Of a stretch of DNA of 64,000 bases, positions 1 through 12,800 are shown piece by piece; position 1 is the stretch's first letter, and each line of letters starts with the position of its first letter. The position numbers and the translations under genes are program-made. The notes beneath the pieces are model-generated. The model saw only the letters and a list, made by a program, of their open reading frames with translations, ran no database searches and had not been told where the DNA came from. The DNA is from Perna viridis (taxonomy: Eukaryota), in the NCBI GenBank assembly GCA_037379345.1, contig CM074516.1:27900001-27964000 (forward strand), given 5' to 3'.

Positions 1-355
1 AATACTCCAAAAACCTGTCTATACCAAAACCCTGAATAATCCAAAAACCTGTCTATACCACACCCTTGATAATACAAAAATTTGTAAATACCAAAACCCT
101 GAATAATCCAAAACCTGTCTGTACCAAACTCTGAATAATCAAAAAGATGTCTAAAACAAACCATGAATAACCCAAAATCTGCCTATACCAGAACCCTGAA
201 TAATCCAAAAACCTTTTCAAAAAACCAGACACTGTCTTAAACGTTCCTTTATATCAAATAAAAAGTATGTATGTAGCCTTGGTTAACAGAACACCTGTCT
301 TAACTGAACACATAGATAAGTCTAAAAGGATTTAGAGTTAGACAGGTTCCATTGT
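1..355. mobile_element. Right end of a TA-flanked MITE with ~33-bp subterminal tandem repeats (AAAACCTGTCTATACCAAAACCCTGAATAATCC)
   Basis: About 6 degenerate repeats at 1-215; ends TTAGACAGGTTCCATTG|TA. Confidence 0.55.
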
Positions 356-759
356 ATTTAAATAGCTTACTCATACACTACAGTTTAGGTGAGTTACCAT
401 TTCAACTTTCCTAGACTAAAGTGGGCCTTTAATAAAGCATTTTGTGAAGATAATAAAGTCATTTAATCATTAAAATATGTAAGTTTACCTCATGTGTCAA
501 TGAAATCTTATATTTTACAATGTTTTAATTGAGGTTTTACCAATTCACTCTCAAGGAATTTATTCTGTTCTTTCCTGCACTAGTGAAATATAATGCATTA
601 GAGGGCAAACTCAATATGTAATATGGACAGTATTTTCAATTTTTTTATCTTGATATCTTTGTTGATTTCCTTAAAATTGCAATCCTTATTGAGTTCATCA
701 AAAAAGATTAAATAATGTGTTTATCAATATGAAATTTTGTTTTAACATTTTTTTGGTAG

Positions 760-833
760 GCTATAGAGAGCTGTTTCCAAAAAGTGAGACAAATTCAAAT
801 TCCACACAGACAAAAGCCTATGAATTTATACAG
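760..833 (+). CDS. PARP4: PARP4 exon, VWA ([24 protein letters not shown])
   Basis: ttggtAG acceptor, cag|GTattc donor, phase 1-0. Confidence 0.85.
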
Positions 834-3800
834 GTATTCATATTTTAGATACTGCACATACATGTATTTATTGTAGAAACAATTCTAGGCCTATCACATA
901 TTTTCATATGTCATCTCGAATTTGACAACTTTGTATTTGTGCATATGTGTTTGTTTTTTTTCTACAGAAACAAGAAATAGTTATTTATAGTGTATAAGAC
1001 TTCATTATGGGCTGAGACTGAATACATTCACTTTTCTATAAGCAAAAAAAGAAATGGCACAATAAAATAAAGGGTTAAAGGTTGGTAATCTTACCAACAT
1101 TTGTTTGAAAAGCCTGTAAAATATAAATTTGAAGATGAAAAAATCTGTGATGATTATTTCATTCAGATTCTTTATTTTACCCAGTAACAATACATTTTAC
1201 ATCAGGTTGTGATGTATCACTGACCATGATGATGGCATATTAGCTGTTGAATATAGGTCATCTCCATTCTTAAACATATAATTGGTGAGAAAAAGACTAA
1301 AATGCCAGTTTTCTCATGCAAGTTTAGAAATTTTAGGCACTCTTTGGTAAGATATAAAAGTTCTTTAACTTGGCTGAGTTATATATCTGAGATTTCCTAT
1401 CTTATTCTCGCACTTATGTCAGATTTTTTATTTCCCAAAACTCTCTTCCAGAATATACAAGCCAACATGGGTAGTACAGAAGTTTACAGACCATTACACA
1501 GTTTCTTCCTCCTCAAGCTAGAAGCTTCTCTGAGAAATGTATTCCTGGTGTCTGATGGCCACATCAACAATGAAGAGACAACTCTAAAATCTGTCCATGA
1601 AAATTGTCATCACACTAGAATATTTACATTTGGTGTCAGGTATAAGATTTCAGGCATTTTTTGCATCAATTTCATCTCAAACTTCTGGGTTCAACCAATT
1701 TTAAAAACAAGAGATTGTTAATATTACTTTAATCATGTTAAGTTTTGCTGTATTCTAGTTTTTTTGTTTTTTGCTGTGGACAGAAAAATGCAAAAAAATA
1801 GTACACACAAAATTAATTTTAACATTATATTATGCTAAGTATATTTTGAAACCAAGACAATTTATATTCGTGAATATGTGCACTTGGTGGTACAGTCGAC
1901 TCCACTTAAACGCATATCGCTTTATTGCATATTTGGGTTATTAGCATAATTTTCTCCTGCACAAATCCATTTCCTATTAGTCTATTAGGGAAAAAATTGC
2001 TGATTTGCATATGCCTTGCAGGTGTATTTCAGTTTATTGCATAGAGAATTTTGCCTCATCCAGGTAAAGGCAGGTTTTCCCAAATTCTATTTTAAGCCTT
2101 CGGGTCATAAATATGTCAATCATATTTATTGTTGTAAAAACTATATTATCATCAATCAGGAGGTGTAAATAATGGATTAAAAACATAATGGACATAAAAG
2201 ACAATTTAAATGATTTCTAATTACATTAAAATAAACAAGCACTTAGGTGAACAATGACTTTTGACGACATGCCAAACATCACCTTATGATGCGACTTGGG
2301 ATATTTTTTGTCCCTATTTAAATTCTTCCAACTACAAATGATTATCAGTGTAAATTTAATTTTCTTTAATGAGCTGAACAGTTTTTAGTGAGCTTGGGTT
2401 ACTAGGCATAAATATCAACCAAAAATTAAAAGTCATCATTCATTCAGTACAATGTCAAATGAAATTCAACTACCCTAAGGTGCCCCATACTATCCACACT
2501 TCATAGGAATATATCGAGGTCAATGACACGTATAATACACAACTATCAATGTACAATGGTGATGAACAGAGGAATAAAAACACACAGACCATTTCAAAAG
2601 CCTACAAACTGCAAACATTGATGAATATTACACTGAATCCAATATATATTATTATTTATTGATAAAATAACAATACAATGAGAAGGTCTATAACAATTAA
2701 ATACCAGATCAGAAATGTTGAACAGTGATATCCCTGGTTGATCCACAGTATCGTCGTCTTACCTGAACTCACACTTCCGGTAAATCATAATTTCGGTTAT
2801 AAGAATAGCCCAGTTATTTGCATAATTTTTACTGGCAAATAGGCTATGCAATTAAGTGGAATCCACTATATAAGAAAAAATAAGCTACCGTGAAAATTAA
2901 TATGTATACAGTATTTGTCTTTGTTTATCTCTCCACTCTTCCTTACTTCTACACTAAAAAGTTTACTGGAACCGTTTTAATTTTTTGTGGATATTTATTA
3001 TCACGATAAGGCTGGCCTTTCTAATTTTGCATCTAACGCTCTGTCGAAAGAGTATTCTGTTATAAAGAAACTTAGTCACTGTCATTTTTTTTCTTTTGAA
3101 AAAAAATTGAAAAACAAATCACTCACAAAGATAAGTTGCTTTACTGTATTTTTAGTCAGTAATAATTTGTGTCTTCTTGTCTTAGTTGAGGGTAAAGATT
3201 TTTCATGATTTTGTTTTCTCATTTCCAGTTCGACACATAATAAGCATGTGTTAAAGGCTGTATCTAGACTTGGAGCAGGATCTTATGAATATTTTGATTC
3301 TCATGCAAAATCTAAATGGGAAGGCAAGGTAATAAACATTTATTTTAGTTAAAGATGTTTTTTGTAACAAAAGTATCATTTGTTTGTGTTTTAAGGTTAC
3401 AGTTTGATTGAATGTTTCAAATCTCATTTGAAAATACATCCTTTTCTTCTAATTCTGAGGTTTGATGGGTAAGATAATAAGCCGATTAAATCAAGAATTA
3501 TGTACATGTATGACTTTCTTTTAATTTATAAGTTCCATGGTTAGTGAAAACAGTATATCACAATATATCAATTCAAGTTTCTGTAAAATTATTAGTTTTA
3601 TGTGGTGTACTAATTTTTGCTATTTTTGTGGTGGACAGAAAAGCTTGAAAAATAGTACCAGCAGAATTGAGTTTAAACACTGTAAAATGCTTATCATTTT
3701 TTTAAAACGCACAAATTGATACCCACTTGACAGAATCAGCAAAAATTAGTAACTGCAAAAATAATATGTTTACAGTATTAAATTTCAACAACATAACAAT

Positions 3801-6800
3801 GAGCCTGGTTAAGAATGTTATTGTTTTGAAATTAGATAAAGTAAGTTAAAATTCAGCGATATTGGAATTTCATGAGTTTTTCTATTATTCCTTTTTGAAT
3901 ACAAGGCCTAATCTATACATTGCCCTGTCGTTTGAGAGTTTCATCCTTGTTTATTGAAGACTAGTGGGTCGTTTGGGCTGACATTATTATCCCAGTTGAC
4001 ATATACACCATAACTGATTGTCCTACTTTTGACATCACGTTTTTTTTTGTTGAATCTGATTTTATAGAAATGCAACATTATCTAACAACCTATCACTTAC
4101 AAGTTTACTATCTCATTGTCAATGGTGTGATATGGCAAAGTATCTAGCTATCCTAAAATGACCAAATCATAAAGAAAGACTATGTAAAATTTTACAGGTG
4201 AAATCTCAGATCCATAAAGCTTCCCAGCCAGTTCTGACCTCTGTTTCTGTTGCTTGGCAACAGTATAGTGACCCGCCACCAATACAGGCACCTCAACAGA
4301 TAACAGCTTTGTTTAATGGCTCCCGACTAGTGGTATATGGATTTATCAATAATTGTAAAATGGTAGGTACTTTCAATAGGATAAATTAATGTGTAAAATA
4401 TTAATGAATTATCTCTGATTCTGAAGGACATAGTATGACTTTATACAATAAAGGATAGTGACAAAATTACCACACTGATAAACTTTAAGCAATAAGGATT
4501 ATAGAAGAAAGAGAAAGTCCATATAACAAATGGCAAGATCAAGGCAAAATCTGGAAAGTTTTTGTAACTCTATCCCCCTGACAAATATTTGGTTCAGTCG
4601 ATGATTTATCGTTACACAATTGTTTATGATTTTATATAGATATAAGGAAAAACTTTGTGGGATTAGATCATTGGAATGACGTCATAATGGGGCCATAATT
4701 TTATGTCATTTAGCAAAAACTGCTGAGAAATGTAAATTTTGTTGTTTTTTCGGACATATTTACATCTAGAATACTACAGTTGAACCTCAATGTGTCGAAC
4801 GCGGAAGAGTCGAAATCTGGGATAACTCCAATTAATTTTAAATTCCCAGCAAAACTCCCCTTACTTGATAGGACTTTGACGTGAATTAACCCTAATGTCT
4901 CAAAGTCAACTTACAAAGTTTGAAATCTGATTTCTTTATTACAACACATGATCGATGAGGGTTTTTACAACAATTGGCATGTCTTTTGAAATAATTTGTT
5001 ATCACTCTATATGGCTTGATTTGTGTATTTAATTAATCTAGTGAATCTGCAATTTTTTCGCAGTAATGTACAGCACATGGCTTGACATAACTGCTGATTG
5101 TGAGTCATACAAAGTTATGAACTTATGACATTTTTTATGTAGAAAAAATGAAAAGGAAATTTCCTTAAAACACTCAATGCCTATCAGTATTTATAACATG
5201 ATATACAACACACAAAAAATGTTTTTTTTTAATACAAAACATAAGACATCATAAAGTACAGTGTTAAGTGAAGTACATGTACAAACACAACAAATGATGT
5301 AAATGCAGAAACAATCATCAACCAAACTGTTTCCAGGTTATACTCGACCTCAGATGACTCGAATCTCAGATAATTCAAACATTTTTGCCTGGTCCCTTTG
5401 ACTTTGATTTAACACGGTTCCACTGTATGTCCACATGCAAGAAACAACTTTATGTTTTCGCATGTGATAAACTATAAAATATGAAATGTATTCACTAAAT
5501 ATTAATTTGTTTCTTGAATGTGGACACCATTTCCTTGCCAAAAATATGACCGGAAAGTGCAAAATTTGACAGAATATCAGAATCATGGTTAACTTAAAGC
5601 AATTTTTCTGTCCTTTCAATGAAAAATTTATCAGAAGTCTTTATTTTTTCTCACTTGTGATGGATTCAAGTCTCCAAATTCATAATTAAATTGTTTAGCA
5701 CTATATGATTAGTTTTCAGTCGTATTTTAGGCCAATAAGATCCCTTAATTGCCCCTTCTTCTTATTGTTTAATTTTGAATGTGATCTTGCCAAAGTACAG
5801 TAAATGTGTGTCCCTTGTTATGTCTTTTGTCAAAACTGTACTTTTTGCTTTTTATGCAACTACAAAAATATTTGTGATCATATTATTGTATAAAGCTGTG
5901 GTCATCATTGTCTGTAGACATTCCATGTCCTGACAATAACTTGAGAATAGATTTCTAAGCAATTGTACCATAAGGTACAACACCACAAGAAGAAGGCTGG
6001 GATTGGTTTTGGGGGTTGTGATTTGAACTGTTCATGAATTAAAGACACAAAAGGGACAGTAACAAACATTTTGTTGATGTCCAGAAAATGACTTTACTAT
6101 AAATGAACAGATGCCTTATTACTATAAATAAATTGGTATTAGTTGTAGGGTTTGTAAACTTGAATCATTTAGGCATGAAGGTCCAAAAAACGAACCCAAA
6201 CATTCTTTTTCATGATGTTTTGCCAATAAGTTGATTACAAGTGAATGAATCTTTTTTAAGTTAGATCTGGCAGGTGTATTAATATCTTTTGAACATTAGG
6301 TTTTTTCTAGTTAATTTGATTTCATGTGCATTTGCTAGGCCACACTGAAGGCAGAGATTGGAGGACAGGAAATATCTACTGTTGTATCAACATCTGAACT
6401 GAGTCAGACCAGAGGAAAGGTATACAACATAAGTCATTGTTCTGGTGCTAAAAAAGGGGGAGAGAAATCACAGTATAGTGTATGAAAAACAGGTTACGAG
6501 TATTGTCCGGGTTATTGAATAGACATAATATAAGTAACAGTATTATGACTAATAGTGTTATCATTTTGCTATGTCTTACATGTGGGATTTCCATTCTAGT
6601 ATATGCTTTAACAGAGGCAAATTTAACAGGAAGATGGGGAAATGGTGCACAGGAACAGGATTTTTAGCAGATTGTTGATAAAGTGAATTTTAATTTGCTC
6701 ATTTGAATGTTATAAAATTAATTGGATAATGAGAATGTAATCCAGGGACAAAGACCAGACATGGAAAACAGACATACACAATAAAGAACATAAAGTAACT

Positions 6801-9800
6801 AAAATCATACATACAAAGTAACAAAAGTAAATGAGCAACTCGGACTCCACTAAAAAACTGGGAGCATGGACCAGGTGCACTGGTAGGATAAGCGTCCTCT
6901 GCTTTTCTAGAAACACCTGCCGAGTTGCTCATAAAAAGTCAAGTCCAAGGTGGATGAAAGAGGAAAGGAAAACTATGACATGTTGAACAAATCAGATTTC
7001 ATGGTGCAGATGGATACACTGTAAATATCCACGAGTTCATGATGACGACCATAAAACTTCTGTAGTGGTGACTTCAATCTTGTAGCAACATAACCCTGTT
7101 CCAGAAGCCTATTTGTTAGAATACAAATGCGCGATACAAAAAGTCTGTGTAGTTTTGGCAAGCTCTGGCATAACGTATGAGTTGTGATATGAACACTCTA
7201 TATGCAGGTGCTAAAGGAATGTTGCCACGGATGAAAGGAAAGTTGACAATTCTGAATGAAAAGTCATCAAGCTTGCCGTAAAGTTTGGTCAATAGTTTTC
7301 CTTTACCATTGATTTCTGAGTGTAGGTCAAGATATGGGGGTGACTTCACAGTGTCTGTAGTATCCTTTATCTCAAGTTCTTTGGGATAGATGCGATGTAT
7401 CAAATCCCCAAAATTAGGATCGTTTAAAGATAATATGTCGTCTTTAAAGCGGAAAATGAGATTAAAGGATCTAGATAAAAGATAATATCTACATAACAGA
7501 ATGCTGAATATGTATTAGAAAAAATAACAATAGAAAAACACATAAAAACACATTGTTCATGGTATGCACTTTCAGTCATCTCAAGTATTCAGACAGTTAA
7601 TATTTATATGAATTGGATTTTGTTAATAATGAATTTTTGATGAAGATATTTTTAATTCCTGTTGTCACTGCCTAATGGATTTATTATGATTGGCAGTGAA
7701 AGTAATTTCGGTTATTTATTCTTACAGGTATTACACTGTATGACAGCAAAAGCTATAATCAGAGACTGGGAGGATGGAGTTCTCTCCACTGACAGCATAC
7801 ACCATCAGGTATATATATATTGCTAGAAGTTAGGGGAGAGGCTTGAACTATTGACTCTAAAAGACCTTTTCTTTAGAAAAAATGAAGAACCACTTTTTTG
7901 GGAGCAGGGCATAGTTAAAAGTGCCTGATTTAGGATTGTGACTAGTGTATAGTATTTCCAATTTGGGATTGATTTTCATAGAATTGAGGGACCAATTTTT
8001 GGGATATATTAACTTAATTTTTTCTAAACAATGCAAGTGTGGGCACATGATATTTTAGGCATACTCTCAAAGATTCTTTAATTTTACCTTTTGGCTACAT
8101 TAAGATGGGGGTAAAAGTCATGAAAGGTCTTCATCTTCATTCATTATCAGTCTATTAGTATAATGTATGTGAATGATAGAACCCTAAATGGTAGCAAAGG
8201 ATTATGCCAAGTTGTTCAGATTTGGTCATTTGACCCAGGAGAAATTATGTGATATTCATGTTTATTCAAGTCACTAGATTTACCCAAGCCAGGTCTGGTT
8301 ATGAAATTCAGGTCAAATCTGACACAAATCTACCATACCAGCTTTATTATCATTATAATGTGTCATTGGTGTTTATTTTGTTAGATGAAGAAAATGGACA
8401 TGAAAGATTACATTATTGAACTGAGCAAGAAATACTCCATTGTAACTCAACTGACCAGCTTTATTGCTGTAGAGAAAAGAGAAAAGGTACAAGTGGGCAA
8501 TAATTTCTATTTCAGATTGAAGATTTGTTAGAGTCTATATTTGTCTGTCATTCAATTATACCCATGCAAAGTTTCTGGAATCATCAGCCTTTGAATGATT
8601 TTAACCAGAATCTGCATGTTACACGTAGGTACATGTACATCATTAATTCCATGCCAATCAAAAATTCGATAGTTTTCAAGGTAAGAGGTCAGATTATATC
8701 CATGCGATACTTGTTTTTTTTTTATCTTCATAAAATGATAAACACTGGTTAAATTTCTCACTTTCTGTACTAAATATTTTGTTGATAGATTCTAGTAAAC
8801 AGATATAAATATTTCAGGATGAAGTATTTCCTACTGATGGACCTTCTATAAAACACCTGATTCATGATGAAGATGTTGATTCTCTGCCATACGTATCATG
8901 GCAAGAAGGTACAAAGTCACATATAGCCTCACCAAGTTAATTACTAGGTGCTTGATTCTTCGGCACTCCCATGTAGTTTGTAGAGCTTCATTACTGTTTG
9001 TTATTGCCATTTCAACAACAAATGAAATGAAAAAATACAAAGTATGTTCGTCATATTTTTTCTGTCTATGAATAATGCAAAAAAATGCCCTCAATAGTTT
9101 TTGGGGATGTTACTCAAGGCACATCGAGGGTGTCAAAAGGACACTCTAGAATTCTTCGTGTTTTATGTGTAAAGTTGAATGCCCTATAAAACAAATAATT
9201 ATTATTTCAATACACATAATCGTAGTGTATACTGTTCAAAGGGAAACAATCCAATTATTCAGAACAACACAAATATCAAGTATATATAATATAAACTTTC
9301 TTACATGAATACTTTCTAGATGGATATTTCATGTCCAATTATGAATAATAACTATATGCAAAATTATGAACTAGAATACTAAATTAAATAAATAGGAATC
9401 AAGGTAATATTGGAATTTATTATATAGACAGCAGTGATTTACTGAATTTTCCCCGTGTAAAAACTTGGATGATAAATAGGATAATCAATTGGTTATCATG
9501 AATAAATAAAATATGATCACTCGTGCCAAGAATGCATTAAGATTTAACTTTTCGCACACTCTTTAAATCTAGGTTTTCTTTGGAACTCGTGTGTGCAGAA
9601 CAATTTCCGCACACTTAATAAATCTAGGCATTCCTCGGTACTTGTGATCATATTTTTGTTAGTTATTCTTTCCAAAATTATTTAAGAAACTTTGATGCAT
9701 TGTTCATATCAATTGACGTAAGCTCCCTTCTGATTTGTATAAATGTCAAATTTTATGTTTTCATGTTATGAAGTTTTACTTTTTAAAAAACAGCAGAAAT

Positions 9801-12800
9801 GGCCAAGGAAATTTATTTGTTGAAATAGTGTTGAAAACGAATCATTTGTCATGATAGTGCCAAATTTTTTGTGCATTTTTTATTTACTTTTTTTTGGGGG
9901 GAGGGTATTTGACAGGGCTCATAGGTATTTCTAGCTGAGCATATAACTTCATTAAAAGCATTAGGACTAGTTAAAAGGGCAACGGGTGTATCATGCACTC
10001 AAAGTGCAGCTGTTTATTATAGAGACAACTGATGAAGGAGCACAGTATACTTCATCAGAAGATGAGGATGAAGATCAGATGTCATCTACTGATTACTCTG
10101 ATTATAACTCATCAGAATGGGAATGTGAAGAGGAAGAGGGCCAGAAAGGTTCTAAAAGAGTCAAAACAAAAACTTCAGATTTATCAAGTGATGATGAACA
10201 AAGGGAAGGTAAGATTGCCTTGACAACATAGGATATGTTATTAAATCCCTCCATTCCCTACCTGCTGCCTTTCCCACCATTTAGAGAAGGGTTTCACTTT
10301 AATTATTGCTTGCTCATTTGTTAGCCTCACTTCCACAAACAATGTATTCCCTTTTTTCTTTTTTAACAGTGCTCTATTTGTTTCCCAAGCTTTTCATCGA
10401 TGCTTAAGGAAGCATAGTTATTGATGTAAATGTTTGAAAGGTCCTTGTCAGGCCATTAATATCAGACATTTTGCCAAAATTTGCTTTGACCAACTTGCTT
10501 TGATTAATTTATTAAATTAAAAAATTTACATTTATCAATATTTAAAATTTTTCACAAAACATTTCAGCATAACAGTTATGTAGAATTGTACTATACACTC
10601 AATATTTTAATTTAGACTTTTTTCCATTTTGAAAAAAAATTGAATATAGACTTTTCTTAGAATTTAAGGAAGCATTCAATCTGTTTGCCAAAGATAGTGG
10701 TGGCATCCAATACAAAGATCTACATTCAGCCATGAGGTCAATGGGTCTCAATTCTACAGAATCAGAAATGGCAGATATTATGAAAGAAATGAATGTTTCA
10801 GGTAGTCATTAAACATATTTAAAAAAAAAAGTGTAATACACTGAAGGATTGTTTTCAATTGCTGGTTAGAACGTGGGATATAAACGACTTTGAGTCAGTT
10901 TACACTGAATAAATTGCAAAGCGTTTTATGTTACAGTGTAAATCGACCCAGAGTTATTTATATCTCATAACAAACAATTGAAAACAATTCTTAAATACCA
11001 GAAAACAAAAATAAAATCACAATATATATATGAAATCAACATTTTTTTTAACACACATCAATACTGTCAACTGTCAAGTGATTGCACCATTTGTTACTTA
11101 CATGCAAGCTTTTAGTGTATTGGGATACCCCATTGAAGTAGTTCCATAGTTAGGGGGCATGGCTAAAATACCAAGATAGGTTATACAAAATGGACAATGC
11201 TGCTTAATATCGTTAAACTATTCAGAATTTCACAAAAATAAAAATATATTGTAATAATTAAAATTTTGAAAGGATTTGGTAACTGAAGTGATGATTATCA
11301 GTGCTCATAATAGGGTTTGTAAGTCTTGTCATGTGACTTGTCCTAGTCTACCATTGACATGCATAGAGATTTGTCATTTTCAGAGTGTTGGGTTCAGTAT
11401 ATAAAAGCAAAACATATGTTTGCGTAAAAATACCAATGCAAATGACAAATATCTACTTCAACATGATAAAAGTGTAAAGAAAAGGGTAAAATAGAAGATA
11501 TTGCATTGTAAGACAGCGTTTCGAGAGCCTGGAATTAAACAATAAAATGCAGACCGGTCTTTGGATTTCAATACGTTCTACATCAGAAATTTTTTTAAAA
11601 AATGGAACTAGGACGAGACTTACAGACCCTTTACCCCTCATGAGTTACTACTGTAAGTTAGTGATTACTTGTGTCACCAACATTGATAACATATCTAGTA
11701 GCCATTCAACTCCTTCCCTCCTTATGGCCCGTCAAAATGTTCCCCTTCTTCTGTATAACATGGAATGCAAAGAACAGCATTAACAAATATCTAATAAATC
11801 TTACTGTACTCGGCAGGTAATGATGTTGTCAACTTCAACCAGTTTTTATCATTGGGGAAGAATAGAATGAAAGACACAGATGCTGAGGAAGACATTATTG
11901 AAGCTTTTGCTGTGTTTGATAAGGATGGGACAGGTCACATTAAACAAGAAGAATTACTTCATATCATGTCCAACCTAGGGGAGACAATCACTAAGGAAGA
12001 GACTGCTGAGATGATGCAAGATTTAGGAGGAGAAAGTGGGATGGTTAATTATAGGGCATTTTGTAGGTCAATGATGGAGAAGACAGATGTACCTAGAGAA
12101 GCTATTGGTCATGGTTCACATGGTTCGTCTATCATTACTTCTTTGTTTAAATATATGTTGTCTGGCAGGACTCTTCTAAAACTTATTAGAAGGTTGTATT
12201 TGAGTTATCTAAAATATCTATTGGCCAAGAAAAAGAAACATTACATTTTGAGTGACAGCTAGTGGTCATTTTTCAGGTCTAATCATACATGTACTTTTCA
12301 AACATTTGCTGTTACACTATTGATTCAATGTAAGAACAGGAATGCAATGGTGGACACATTTTTCATATTATAGCAAATGTGTAAATGCAGAAATAAATTT
12401 TATCTGAGAAATGATTTTGTTTTTAAAAACTGTTTATTAATACTGGTTTTGTAGAAATGCCAGTTTTTTCTGTTGGTATGTCCTGATTCCTTTCTCTTTA
12501 GGCAGTTTATTATACTCCTCTCATTATAGTCGGAGCTGGACTATATTGCAATAGCCCTGTCTGTCCATCTGTCTTTTAATTTTTCTGTCACATTTTTCTG
12601 TATGACTATGGTTGTTATGACTGGAACCAATTATTTATATGGGGCCAAAGAGGACCCATTTGATTCTGGTCAAATTCTTGTCCTTTGTCAAAAATATTGC
12701 AATCTTATTCAGAGCAGTATCAAGCTTGAATAGTGTGTCCATATTTGTCTAGCCGAAACTGTTCAGCTTTAACTTCAGTGATCATATCAGGCTGCAACCT

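Noticed and set aside
6699-6932. Small protein family [15 protein letters not shown]... (also 43381..43695)
   Set aside because: These are chance ORFs in the repeated 3' UTR of the Penelope-like element.
11852-12262. Stand-alone calmodulin gene suggested by the ORF track
   Set aside because: The ORF begins at TTG mid-domain. Flanking exons have matching phase-1 junctions into PARP4 on both sides, and no separate start exon was seen. The tail after 12122 looks intronic.
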